From a virus, in the IMG/VR virus record IMGVR_UViG_3300036719_002804: a DNA stretch of 42,620 bases; one strand, 5' to 3'. The translations under genes and the position numbers were made by a program. Within the stretch, counting starts at the first letter, position 1. Each line of letters opens with the position of its first letter. Below the pieces are notes generated by a model. That model saw only the letters and a list, made by a program, of their open reading frames with translations, was not told where the DNA came from and did no database searches. Shown piece by piece: positions 7,646 through 16,822 of this stretch.

Positions 7646-8423
7646 CCCCACCCCCAGCCGCCCGCCGCTGCGGGAGGGAGTGAAAGCCCTGATTGATGCG
7701 GAGGTCTATCTGTTCCGCGCCGCTGCAGCCTGCGAAGTGGAGACGGAATGGGCGCCCGATGACTGGACCTACACCTGCCGTCACGGCGATGCCCAGGCCC
7801 TGTTCCAGGATGCCATCGGCGAGATCCGCGACACCCTCCCCGACCATCGCCCCGTGCTGGTGTTCGGCAGCCGCAACAGCTTTCGCTATGGCGTGTGGCC
7901 CCAGTACAAGGCCAACCGCAAGAAGCGCCGCACGCCCGCCGGCTACCGGCAGCTGGTGGACTGGGTGACCAAGGCCGGCCCGGCCCGCGGATGGCAGACC
8001 GCCGAGCTGCCCGACATCGAAGGCGACGACGTGCTGGGCGTGCTCCATGAGTGGGGCGACGTGATCTGCTCGATCGACAAGGACATGCTCACCCTGCCTG
8101 GCTGGCACCTGCGCAACGGTGAGCTGCGGGAGGTGAGCCTGCTCGATGCCGACCTGGCGTTCTACGCCCAGACCCTCACCGGCGACACCAGCGACAACTA
8201 CCCCGGCTGCCCGGGCTATGGCCCGGTGACGACGCAGAAGGCGCTGGCCGGCTGCACCAGTGAGCTGCAGATGTGGCAGGCCGTGCTCCAGGCCTTTGAG
8301 AAAAAAGGCTTCGGCGAGCACTACGCCATCACCCAGGCACGCTGCGCACGCATCCTTCGCGCTGGTGAATACGACCTCGAGAACCAGACTGTCCGCCTAT
8401 GGAGCCCCCCGGTAGCCTTGTGA
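7638..8423 (+). CDS. T7 gp6-like 5'-3' exonuclease (FEN/PIN family)
   Basis: ALIDAEVYLFRAA, WPQYKANRKK, IEGDDVLG, SIDKDMLTLPG and LTGDTSDNYPGCPGYGPVT match the FEN-type exonuclease motifs. AGGAGG at 7623..7628. Confidence 0.8.
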   Translation: MPDPTPSRPPLREGVKALIDAEVYLFRAAAACEVETEWAPDDWTYTCRHGDAQALFQDAIGEIRDTLPDHRPVLVFGSRNSFRYGVWPQYKANRKKRRTPAGYRQLVDWVTKAGPARGWQTAELPDIEGDDVLGVLHEWGDVICSIDKDMLTLPGWHLRNGELREVSLLDADLAFYAQTLTGDTSDNYPGCPGYGPVTTQKALAGCTSELQMWQAVLQAFEKKGFGEHYAITQARCARILRAGEYDLENQTVRLWSPPVAL

Positions 8424-8430
8424 TGTCTGC

Positions 8431-8607
8431 ATGGATGCAGTGTTTCCCATCGTCTCCGACGAACTGATCAAGCGGCTCGACGCCACCTTTGGCCGAAAGC
8501 CCGATCGCTCGATGACTCATCGAGAGATTGATCACCTGATCGGTGAGCAGACGGTGGTGGATTGCATCAAGCGCTGGCACGCCGAACAACAGGAGGGTCT
8601 CAGCTGA
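8431..8607 (+). CDS. Hypothetical protein (58 aa)
   Basis: Hand-translated: MDAVFPIVSDELIKRLDATFGRKPDRSMTHREIDHLIGEQTVVDCIKRWHAEQQEGLS. The stop overlaps the next ATG (TGATG). Confidence 0.4.
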   Translation: MDAVFPIVSDELIKRLDATFGRKPDRSMTHREIDHLIGEQTVVDCIKRWHAEQQEGLS

Positions 8608-9008
8608 TGTGCTTCGGAGGTTCGGCCCCGCGGGCAACCATCACCATGCCGGACATGGGCGCCTTTGATCGGATGGCCGATCAGCAGATGGCCGCGCTGC
8701 GCCAGCAGCAGGAGAGCTCCACCATGCTGATGCAGGAGCGGCTCAACCAGGCCACCCTCAACCAGCAGGGGACGATGCAACAGCTGCTGGCGGCACAGGA
8801 GCAGCGCGCATCGCAGACCGCTGCCGACGCTGCACGGATGGCAGCGCTGATCGGTGCGCCGACTCCCGAGCCGGCCGCCAAGGCGCCGGTGCTGGGCAGC
8901 GGTCGCCAGGGGATGGCCAGCCCCCAGGGCAAAACCACCCTGCGCATCGAGCCCAAGGCGGCCAGCGGCAGCAAGGCCGGCACCGGCCTCAACATCGCCA
9001 GGTACTGA
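8607..9008 (+). CDS. T7 gp6.7/gp7.3-like virion protein, paralog 1
   Basis: N-terminus MCFGGS (T7 gp6.7 begins MCF). Q-rich coiled middle. C-terminus GTGLNIARY (T7 gp7.3 ends GGGINI). Located just upstream of the portal gene. Confidence 0.55.
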   Translation: MCFGGSAPRATITMPDMGAFDRMADQQMAALRQQQESSTMLMQERLNQATLNQQGTMQQLLAAQEQRASQTAADAARMAALIGAPTPEPAAKAPVLGSGRQGMASPQGKTTLRIEPKAASGSKAGTGLNIARY

Positions 9009-9010
9009 TC

Positions 9011-9406
9011 ATGTGCATGGGATCAACCCCCCAGCCCCCCAAGGTTGCGTACCAGGGGCCCTCCAACAAGGAGATCAAGCAGCAGGAGAAGCAGCTCAAC
9101 AAGGCCACCAAGGCAGCAGAGGCCGGCCAGGCCGAGTTCCAGCAGCAGCTGCAGGCCCAGATCGACGAGGCCAACGCCGCCGCCGCGGCAGCTGCCGAGG
9201 AACTGCAGCAGCAACAGGCCGCGATCAGCTCCAACGCAGCCATGGCCAACCAGGCCTACACCGTCGAGACCACGCAGCAGGCGCCGGCCGCTGCCGCCCA
9301 GACCACTGAGGCCATCCAGCCCGCCACGGCCGCCGCGCCGCGCACCCCAAGCCTCACCATCGGCACCCGCCGCGCACCGGCCACCGGGTTGAACATCGGC
9401 CGATGA
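9011..9406 (+). CDS. T7 gp6.7/gp7.3-like virion protein, paralog 2
   Basis: N-terminus MCMGS. Q/A-rich middle. C-terminus ATGLNIGR. Same architecture as 8607..9008. Confidence 0.55.
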   Translation: MCMGSTPQPPKVAYQGPSNKEIKQQEKQLNKATKAAEAGQAEFQQQLQAQIDEANAAAAAAAEELQQQQAAISSNAAMANQAYTVETTQQAPAAAAQTTEAIQPATAAAPRTPSLTIGTRRAPATGLNIGR

Positions 9407-11031
9407 CAGCAGAGAGCCGCTACAAGAAGCTGGAGCCAGCCCGCAACCACTGGATCGGCCGTGGCCGAGAGGCGTCCGCGCTCACGCTGCCCTGGGTGAT
9501 GCCGTTCGATGGCGAACCCGAGGCCCAGGCGCTGGAGAAGATCGACCACCCGTGGGATGGCATCGGCCAGCGGGGTGTCCACAACATCGCCAGCCGGCTG
9601 CTGCTGGCCCTGCTGCCGCCCACCGAGACCTTCTTCCGGTTCGTCCACGACGACATGGCCTTTGCTGCGCAGCAGGCCGAAATGATTGCGACCGGCGCCA
9701 GCCCGGAGCAGATCGCTGAGCTCAAGACCCAGGTGGACAAGACCCTGGGGATGATGGAGCGGGCGGTGCTGCGCAGCATCGAGGCCAGCAACGACCGCAC
9801 CGCCCTGCACCAGGCGCTGCTGCACCTGATCATCGCCGGCAACTGCCTGATCTGGCTGCCCAAGGAGGGCGCCAAGGTGTTCAACCTCTACCGCTATGTG
9901 CTGCGCCGCGACCCCGTGGGCCGGCCGCTGGAGGCGGTGGTGTGCGAGCGGATCCCGGCCGACGAACTGCCCGAGGCGGCCCGCAAGATCCTCGATCAGG
10001 TGGAGCCGATGGATCCACTCACCGAGGAGCGCCCCGGCGGCGGCACCGAGACCCTGCCCGACGAACGGCTGGTCAAGGTCTACACCCACATCACCTGGAA
10101 CAAGAACCGCTGCAGCTGGTATCAGGAGCTCAAGGGCCAGCGCATCGAGGGCAGCGAGGGCAGCTGCAACCGGGAGCACAGCCCCTGGATCCCGCTGCGC
10201 ATGTTCGCCATCGACTCGGAGGACTACGGCCCGGGCTATGTCGAGGCGGCCACCATGGCCGACCTGCAAACCGCCAACGCCCTCACCCGGGCGCTGACCG
10301 AGGGCGCACTGGTCAGCTCGATGTGCAAGTTCCTGGCCAAGCCGGGCGCAGCCGTCACCGCCAAGCAGTTCAACGAGGCCGCCAACGGCGCCTGCCTCAC
10401 CGGCAACCCGGAGGACATCGCCGCCGTGCAGGTGGGCAAGGGCAGCGATCTGGCGGTGGCCGAGCAGCGGCTGCAGCGGGTGGAGGCCCGGCTGGCCGTG
10501 AGCTTCATGCTGAACGAAGCCCGCGACTCGGAGCGCACCACGGCTGAGGAGGTGCGGATCCAAGCGCAGCAGATCGAGAACAGCCTGGGCGGGATCTACA
10601 GCGTGCTCACGACTGAGTTCCAGTACCCCTACATCGCCCGGCGGCTGTACCTGCTCACCCAGTCCGGCGGGCTGCCCAAGCTGCCCGACGACACCATCAA
10701 GCCGGTGGTGAGCGTGGGCCTGGCGGCCGTGGGCCGGGGCAACGACCTCGAACGCCATGCCCGCTTCATGCAGATCCTGCAGCAGACCATTACCCCCGAG
10801 GGCACGCTGCAATACCTGATCCCGTCGGAGCTGATCAGCCGCCTCGCTGCCGCAATGGGTATCGACACGGTGGGCCTGATCAAGGGCCAGCAGCAGATCG
10901 AGCAGGAGCAGCAGGCCGCGATGGAGGCCCAGCAGCAGGCGGCCGTGATGCAGTCGGCGATGGCCGACCCGCAGAAGCTGGCCAACGCCGCCCAGACCGT
11001 TCAAGAGATCCAGCAACCACAACCTGAATGA
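9403..11031 (+). CDS. Portal (head-to-tail connector) protein, T7 gp8-like
   Basis: LTLPWVMP...HPWDGIGQRGVHNIASRLLLALLPP parallels T7 gp8 YTIPSLFP...TPWQAVGARGLNNLASKLMLALFP. 542 aa, with T7 synteny. Confidence 0.9.
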   Translation: MTAESRYKKLEPARNHWIGRGREASALTLPWVMPFDGEPEAQALEKIDHPWDGIGQRGVHNIASRLLLALLPPTETFFRFVHDDMAFAAQQAEMIATGASPEQIAELKTQVDKTLGMMERAVLRSIEASNDRTALHQALLHLIIAGNCLIWLPKEGAKVFNLYRYVLRRDPVGRPLEAVVCERIPADELPEAARKILDQVEPMDPLTEERPGGGTETLPDERLVKVYTHITWNKNRCSWYQELKGQRIEGSEGSCNREHSPWIPLRMFAIDSEDYGPGYVEAATMADLQTANALTRALTEGALVSSMCKFLAKPGAAVTAKQFNEAANGACLTGNPEDIAAVQVGKGSDLAVAEQRLQRVEARLAVSFMLNEARDSERTTAEEVRIQAQQIENSLGGIYSVLTTEFQYPYIARRLYLLTQSGGLPKLPDDTIKPVVSVGLAAVGRGNDLERHARFMQILQQTITPEGTLQYLIPSELISRLAAAMGIDTVGLIKGQQQIEQEQQAAMEAQQQAAVMQSAMADPQKLANAAQTVQEIQQPQPE

Positions 11032-12002
11032 CCACCACCCCCACCATGGACATCACGCCCGAGCAGATGGCGCTGGCCGGCCCCGGCCACGACAAGGACG
11101 CCCTGGCCGGGTTCCTGCGGGAGATCGCCGAGGAGGATGCAGCGCTGGCCGCCGGCACCATCCAGCCGCCGGCGCCCGCCGCCCAGTCTGACTTCGCCAC
11201 GCTCACCGTCGAAGGCGACGAGGTGGAGGCCGAGAACGACGAGCCGGCCGGCGAGGCCAGGCCCCTGGCCGGGAAGTTCAAGAGCCCCGAGGAACTGGAG
11301 AAGGCCTACCTGGCGCTGCAGCAGAAGCTGGGCCAGCGGGCCGATCCAGCTACCGAGGAATCCTCGACAGCTGACCCTGAGCCGGTGGCCCCGCTGTCCC
11401 GCGAGGAGGCCGTTGGCCACTACGGGGAGACCGTGGTGGCAGCAGCCGAGCGCGAGGGCATCGACCTGGCGCTGTGGGATGCCGCAGTGCAAAAGGGCGA
11501 GGACACCAGCGCCATGCGCGACAAGCTGGCCGGCGCCCTTGGGCTGCCCGCGCAGCTGATCGAGCGCTACGAGGCCGCCTTCCGCCCTGCTGCCGCGGCC
11601 GACACCACCGCCCCAGGCCTGAGCGATGAGGACGCCGCGGCCGTCCGTTCCCTGGTGGGCGGCGACCAGCAATTCGCCAAGCTCAGCCAGTGGGCTGCCA
11701 CCAACCTGAGCGAGGCCGAGCTGGCCAGCTACAACGATGCGGTAAACACCGGCAGCCGGGCCGCCGCAGAGATGGCGGTGCGGTGGCTGCAGAACAAGGC
11801 GGCCAGCGCCGACAGGGAGCCCGACCTGGTGCTGGCCAGCGGCGGCAACGCCACCCCAGCGCTGGATGTGTTCGAGACCGAGGAGGAGGCGCTGGAAGCC
11901 AAGGCGGCGCTCACCAAGGGCGGCAAGCAGCGCTACCTGGTGGACGAGAAATACCGCCGCTACATCGACGCGAAGTTTGCGCGATCCCCGGTCTTCCTGT
12001 AG
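11028..12002 (+). CDS. Scaffolding protein (T7 gp9 position)
   Basis: Acidic, Ala/Glu-rich and helical, lying between portal and capsid. ATGA overlap with the portal stop. Confidence 0.7.
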   Translation: MTTTPTMDITPEQMALAGPGHDKDALAGFLREIAEEDAALAAGTIQPPAPAAQSDFATLTVEGDEVEAENDEPAGEARPLAGKFKSPEELEKAYLALQQKLGQRADPATEESSTADPEPVAPLSREEAVGHYGETVVAAAEREGIDLALWDAAVQKGEDTSAMRDKLAGALGLPAQLIERYEAAFRPAAAADTTAPGLSDEDAAAVRSLVGGDQQFAKLSQWAATNLSEAELASYNDAVNTGSRAAAEMAVRWLQNKAASADREPDLVLASGGNATPALDVFETEEEALEAKAALTKGGKQRYLVDEKYRRYIDAKFARSPVFL

Positions 12003-12008
12003 TAAGGG

Positions 12009-12034
12009 TGCATGAGTTCATCTGCACTCATGCA
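12009..12034 (+). promoter_or_regulatory. 9-bp stem hairpin between the scaffold and capsid genes
   Basis: TGCATGAGT (12009..12017) pairs with ACTCATGCA (12026..12034), with an 8-nt loop and no U-tract. Confidence 0.4.
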
Positions 12035-12109
12035 GAGCACAGGCCGCCCGAGGGCGACACCCTGATCGCAAAAGCCTGGGGATAGCAGAGGCTCACCGCA
12101 AACCCTGCA

Positions 12110-13144
12110 GTGACGCTTATCACGCCATCGCGGCTTGGCCAAATCAAAGGCAACGCCGCAGACAACTACGCCCTGTTCCTGAAACTGGGTATGTCGGAGG
12201 TGCTTACGGCCTTCGATCGCAAGACTGTTTTCACCGGCCGGGTGAAGGAGCGCTCCATTCGGGGCGGCCAATCTGCCCGGTTCAAGGTGACGGGTCGCCG
12301 GATTGCTGGGTATCACACCCCCGGCACGCCGATCACCAACGTCGCCACGGACGCCAACAACCCCAACCCCAGCAACGCACCGTCGGATCGCAACGAGGAG
12401 ATCATCAATCTCGATGGTCTGCTGGTGGCGCCTGACTCGGTGTACGACCTGGACGACCTCATGGAGGATGTCCAGTACCGGCAGGACATGATGCACCAGC
12501 TGGGCGAGGCCCTGGCCCGCGAGAAGGATGCCCGGATTGCCCGGGTGCTCTATGCCGCGGCCAAGCGCACCACCGAGCCGCTGAACAAGGCCAGCAATGC
12601 CGGCCGCACCGGCACCGCCCGGACCCTCAGCGCCGGCTATGCCGCAGCTTCCAAGCAGGCCAAAGGTGATGAGCTCGCTTCTGTAATCGGCGACATCAAA
12701 GTCGCCATGCAGAAGAAAGACGTGCCCGTTGAGGACATGGTGGTTGTCGTCCCCCCGGACGAGTACGACTTCCTGAACGAAGGCTCCAAGGTCATCAATG
12801 CCGACTTCAACCAGGGCGCTGCCAACGGCACCTTTGGCGGCGGCACTATTGGCCGGGTGAAGGGACTCCCCGTAATGTGGTCCAACCACGTCACCCAGGC
12901 GGCCTACACCAACACGACCTTCGACCGCAACGCTGCCTACCAGCAGAACCTGTCGAAGTGCCGGGCGCTGATCTTCCACAAGGACGCCATCGGCTGCCTC
13001 ACCCTGCGGCGCCCGCAGCTGCAGATGACCAGCCCTGGCGGTGACTACAACGTGGTGTACCAGAGCCAGCTGTTCGTGGCCCGGATGGCAATCGGCATGG
13101 GCATCCTCCGCGCTGAATGTGCGGCAGTCGTCGAAGTGCCCTAG
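12110..13144 (+). CDS. Major capsid protein, T7 gp10-like (HK97 fold)
   Basis: ALFLKLGMSEVLTAFDRKTVFTGRVKERSIRGGQSARFKVTGR parallels T7 gp10 ALFLKVFGGEVLTAFARTSVTTSRHMVRSISSGKSAQFPVLGR. GTG start, so the exact start is uncertain. Confidence 0.9.
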   Translation: MTLITPSRLGQIKGNAADNYALFLKLGMSEVLTAFDRKTVFTGRVKERSIRGGQSARFKVTGRRIAGYHTPGTPITNVATDANNPNPSNAPSDRNEEIINLDGLLVAPDSVYDLDDLMEDVQYRQDMMHQLGEALAREKDARIARVLYAAAKRTTEPLNKASNAGRTGTARTLSAGYAAASKQAKGDELASVIGDIKVAMQKKDVPVEDMVVVVPPDEYDFLNEGSKVINADFNQGAANGTFGGGTIGRVKGLPVMWSNHVTQAAYTNTTFDRNAAYQQNLSKCRALIFHKDAIGCLTLRRPQLQMTSPGGDYNVVYQSQLFVARMAIGMGILRAECAAVVEVP

Positions 13145-13169
13145 TCTTTGACGGGAGCAAGGGTCATGG

Positions 13170-13204
13170 GGCCCCAGCGTTTGGCACGCTGGGGCCTTTT
13201 TGTT
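13170..13204 (+). terminator. Intrinsic terminator downstream of the capsid gene
   Basis: GGCCCCAGCG (13170..13179) pairs with CGCTGGGGCC (13187..13196), with a 7-nt loop, followed by TTTTTGTT. Confidence 0.8.
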
Positions 13205-13242
13205 GGCACCGATAGCATGAGGACTGCACCCCCGCAGAGCAG

Positions 13243-13884
13243 ATGGGCGTCGAGAACCAGAGCGCCACGCCTGGCCGCACCACCCTGCTGGATGCGGTGA
13301 ACGTGGTGCTGATGAACATCGGCGAACAGCCGGTGAGCACCCTCGAAAATCAGCAGGTGCTGGAGGCCCGCACCGCCGAGGCCACCATCCTGGAGCTGCA
13401 CAAGGAAGGGCAGACCCGCGGCTGGAGCTGGAACAGCGAGCGCGCCTACCCCTTCACCCGCGCCACCAACGGGGAGATCACGGTGCCGGCCAACATCGTC
13501 AGCTGGCAGCCGGACCCCTACGAGTTTGAGCACCGCTACCAGCTGCGGGGCCAGCGGGTCTACGACAAGGAGAGCCGCAGCTACCAGATCAGCGTCAGCG
13601 AGCTGCGTGCCGATGTGGTGTGGCTGCTGCCGTGGAACGAGTGCCCTGAGGCCTTCAACCGCTGGAGCCTGATCCGTGCCGCCCGGGTGTTCAGCGCACG
13701 CACCATCGGCGATACCGCCGGGGTGCAGTACACCGCCCTGGACGAGCAGCAGGCGCTGATCGAGCTGCTCCGGGTGGAGAACATTCAGGAGGCGCCGAAC
13801 ATGATCACCGGCCGGCGGCGGTTCCCCACCTTCCAGCCGGCTGAGGGCCTGACCGATCGGCTGCTGGGAGGCGTGTTCCTGTGA
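13243..13884 (+). CDS. Tail tubular protein A (adaptor), T7 gp11-like
   Basis: LLDAVNVVLMNIGEQPVSTLE...GWSWN and PECF-like NECPEAFNRWSLIRAARVF parallel T7 gp11 (AVNDILASIGEPPVSTLE, RGWTFN, MPECFRYWIVTKASRQF). Confidence 0.85.
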   Translation: MGVENQSATPGRTTLLDAVNVVLMNIGEQPVSTLENQQVLEARTAEATILELHKEGQTRGWSWNSERAYPFTRATNGEITVPANIVSWQPDPYEFEHRYQLRGQRVYDKESRSYQISVSELRADVVWLLPWNECPEAFNRWSLIRAARVFSARTIGDTAGVQYTALDEQQALIELLRVENIQEAPNMITGRRRFPTFQPAEGLTDRLLGGVFL

Positions 13885-16376
13885 GCCTGGTCAGCTACAT
13901 CATCCCCAACCTGATCCAAGGGATCAGCCAGCAGCCGGACGCGCTGCGCGATCCCACCCAGGCCGAGGTGCAGATCAATGCCATGAGCTCCCTGGCTGAT
14001 GGCCTGCGCAAGCGGGAGGGCACGCAGCCGATCGCCAAGGTCTCCAGCCAGCCGCTGGGCAATGCGGCCCTGCACCTGATCCAGCGCGATGCGGCAGAGC
14101 AGTACCTGGTGGTGCTGGCCAGCAGCGGCATCAGGGTGTTCGAGCTGCTCACCGGGATCGAGCGCAGCGTGGTGGCGCCCGATGGCTACAGCTACCTGGC
14201 CGGCGGCTCCAATGCGCGCCTGGACCTGCGAGCGGCGACGATCGCGGACTTCACCTTCATCAGCAACACCCAGCGGCTGCCGGCGATGCTTGCCGACACC
14301 GCCCCGGCAACGCCGCGGCCTTCTCCCCATGAGTGCCTGGTGTGGGTAAAGGCGGCCAACTACGGCCAGACCTACACGGTGAACCTCAACGGCACCGCGG
14401 CGACAGTGCAGACCGCCATCCAGCCGGTGGTGGTGAATGGGGCCACTGTCACCGAGAACCGGATCAGCGCCGACGACATCGCCGCCCAGCTGCGCACCGC
14501 CCTGCTGGGGGTGGCCGGGGTGACGATCAGCCGGCGCGGGTCGGTGCTGTGGATCCGCAGCAATGACCCGATCACGGTTGATGCCACCGACGCCAGGGCC
14601 AATGCCGACATCACGGCGATCCTCAACTCGGTGCAGGTGTTCAGCGAGCTGCCGACGGTTGCGCCGGAGGGATACCAGGTCAAGGTTGATGGGGACCCCA
14701 GCAACAAGTTCGACAACTACTACGTCCAGTTCGTCCCCAGGCAGGGCGGCTTTGGCGAGGGCGCCTGGGAGGAAACCATCGCTCCAGGGCTGCAGTACCG
14801 CATCGACCCGGCCACCATGCCCCATGTGCTGGTGCGGCGGCCGGGCGGTACGTTCTGGTTTGGTCCTGCCGATGGCCAGACGACTGCTGGCGTGCAGATC
14901 CCCCAGTGGGGGCAAAGGACCGCAGGGGATCTGGAGTCAGCGCCCGACCCGTCATTCATCGGCCGCCCTATTCAGGACATCTTCGTTTACAAGAACCGGA
15001 TGGGATTCCTGGCGGACGAGAAAATCATCCTCAGCCGCACCAGGGACTTCTTTGAGTTCTTCCCCGAGACCGCTACCGCCGTCCTCGACACGGACCCGAT
15101 CGACCTGACGGCAACCAACCCACGGGTGGCGCTGCTCCGGTACGCCGTCCCGTATCAGGACGAGCTGATCGTTTTTGCGGATCAGATCCAGTTCCGGCTT
15201 AACTCTCAAGGGGCGCCGCTGACTCCCGCCACGGCCCAGATCACCCTGCTCACGCAATACGAGATCGACCCAAACGTGCGGCCGATCCTGGTGGCTGGCT
15301 CGATTGTGTTCTGCCAGGCAGATGCCGACTGGTCGCAGTTCCAGGAGTTCAGCATCCGCGGCGCCGGCACCGCGCTGGTAGCGGACACCAACGATCTCAC
15401 GCCCTATGTGAGCAGCTACATCCCCAGCGAAGTCACCCGCATGGCGGCCAATGACATTGGCTATTCGTGGTTTGCCGTGTCTGAAAAGCCTGGCTATCGC
15501 AAGCGGATCTATGTGTTCAAGTATTTCAACCGCAACACCGGCGAGGGTGTGCGGCGGGAGCAAAGCAGCTGGAGCCACTGGGAGCTGAGCGGCGCCACTC
15601 GCATTTTGCAAATCGTGTGTGTGCAAGAGGTGCTCTATGTCCTGGCCCAGTACGACGACGGGGTGTGGCTGGAGAAGATGTCGGTCACCGACCGCACCAG
15701 CACGCCTGGCGGCCTGCCGCTGCCGCTGCTGGACCGGATGGTGAGCACCACCAGCGCCACGCCCAACCCGCTGCGCGTGGCCAACGGCAGCTACGACCCG
15801 GACACCGACCGCACCACCTGGACGCTGCCCTACACGGTGGCTGCCCGGACGATGGCGGTGCAGCGCCGCGACCCGGCCCAGGGCGGCGGCACCCTGCTGG
15901 GCGAAGCCAGCTCTGGCAACACCATCACCGCCCGCGGCGACTGGCGCGACCGGGAGGTCTGGTTCGGCGAGGCCTACCAGTTCCTCTACCGCTTCACCCG
16001 GTTCAAGCTCTACCGCGATGCCGGTGATGGCCGGGTGCCCGGGAATGTGGAGCGGCTGCAGGTGCGGCACGCCAAGCTCCGCTACCACGGCACCCTCTAT
16101 TTCCAGGCCCATGTGATGGCCGAGCGCCGCGATGCAGCCGTCTACACCTTCACCGGCAAGGAGCTGGCGGTGCAGGCCTCAACACACGGCGCCGAGGTGT
16201 TCCCCGCCTCCGAACCCAGCCCGCAGCGCTACCTGGATGGGGTGTTCACCATCCCGATCCAGTCCCGCGGGGATACCTGCATTGTTGAGCTGCGCAGTGA
16301 TCGACCGGACCCGGCCCAGTTCGCCACCTGCGAATGGGTGGGGATGGCCCACAGCAAGGCGAGGGTGGCGCGATGA
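13881..16376 (+). CDS. Tail tubular protein B (nozzle), T7 gp12-like
   Basis: IPNLIQGISQQPDALRDPTQAEVQINAMSSLADGLRKR parallels T7 gp12 IKNLKGGISQQPDILRYPDQGSRQVNGWSSETEGLQKR. GTGA overlap start. Confidence 0.9.
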   Translation: MSLVSYIIPNLIQGISQQPDALRDPTQAEVQINAMSSLADGLRKREGTQPIAKVSSQPLGNAALHLIQRDAAEQYLVVLASSGIRVFELLTGIERSVVAPDGYSYLAGGSNARLDLRAATIADFTFISNTQRLPAMLADTAPATPRPSPHECLVWVKAANYGQTYTVNLNGTAATVQTAIQPVVVNGATVTENRISADDIAAQLRTALLGVAGVTISRRGSVLWIRSNDPITVDATDARANADITAILNSVQVFSELPTVAPEGYQVKVDGDPSNKFDNYYVQFVPRQGGFGEGAWEETIAPGLQYRIDPATMPHVLVRRPGGTFWFGPADGQTTAGVQIPQWGQRTAGDLESAPDPSFIGRPIQDIFVYKNRMGFLADEKIILSRTRDFFEFFPETATAVLDTDPIDLTATNPRVALLRYAVPYQDELIVFADQIQFRLNSQGAPLTPATAQITLLTQYEIDPNVRPILVAGSIVFCQADADWSQFQEFSIRGAGTALVADTNDLTPYVSSYIPSEVTRMAANDIGYSWFAVSEKPGYRKRIYVFKYFNRNTGEGVRREQSSWSHWELSGATRILQIVCVQEVLYVLAQYDDGVWLEKMSVTDRTSTPGGLPLPLLDRMVSTTSATPNPLRVANGSYDPDTDRTTWTLPYTVAARTMAVQRRDPAQGGGTLLGEASSGNTITARGDWRDREVWFGEAYQFLYRFTRFKLYRDAGDGRVPGNVERLQVRHAKLRYHGTLYFQAHVMAERRDAAVYTFTGKELAVQASTHGAEVFPASEPSPQRYLDGVFTIPIQSRGDTCIVELRSDRPDPAQFATCEWVGMAHSKARVAR

Positions 16377-16822
16377 GGTGGGCAGCGCCAACCCAGACCA
16401 GGGCGATGCAGGTGGCCGCCCACTTACGCAAAGAGGACGTGATCGAGGTGTTCTGCAGCCATGGGCTGCAAGGCGTGGATGCAGTGCTCGAGAGCTGGAA
16501 AAACTCTCCCGATTGCCGTTGCATAGAAGGAGATGATGGTGAGCCAGTGGGATTGTGCGGCGTGGCATCTGGCGGGGTGATCTGGCTGCTGGCCACCGAT
16601 GCGCTGCTGGCTACACCCAGCCACCGGCGGCAATTCATCAGGGGTGCAAAGCAGTGGGTGGATGACCTGATGGCCGATGGCGCTGGGCCACTGCACAACT
16701 GGGTGCTGGCCAAGCGCACCCGCACGCTGCGATGGCTGCAGTCGCTGGGGTTCGTCGTGGCCACGCCACGGCCAATGGGGCCCTGCAGTGAGCTGTTCTG
16801 CCGCTGCAGCAGGGGGGCCTGA
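16373..16822 (+). CDS. Internal virion protein A, T7 gp13 family (GNAT-like fold)
   Basis: Correct position and size (149 aa). Pattern DGEPVGLCGV...IWLLATDAL...RTLRWLQSLGFVV is typical of the Phage_T7_Gp13/DUF2833 family. ATGA overlap. Confidence 0.6.
   Translation: MRWAAPTQTRAMQVAAHLRKEDVIEVFCSHGLQGVDAVLESWKNSPDCRCIEGDDGEPVGLCGVASGGVIWLLATDALLATPSHRRQFIRGAKQWVDDLMADGAGPLHNWVLAKRTRTLRWLQSLGFVVATPRPMGPCSELFCRCSRGA

Noticed and set aside
9256-11022. Very long antisense ORFs. Examples: 9256..11022 (-) 588 aa, 26105..28621 (-) 838 aa, 22125..23873 (-) 582 aa, 16246..17637 (-) 463 aa, 24452..25957 (-) 501 aa, 13785..14915 (-) and 17442..18710 (-).
   Set aside because: Their translations are R/G/P/A/L-rich and low-complexity with no motifs. 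The opposite strand encodes clearly recognisable portal, tail and internal virion proteins. They are typical shadow ORFs of a GC-rich genome.
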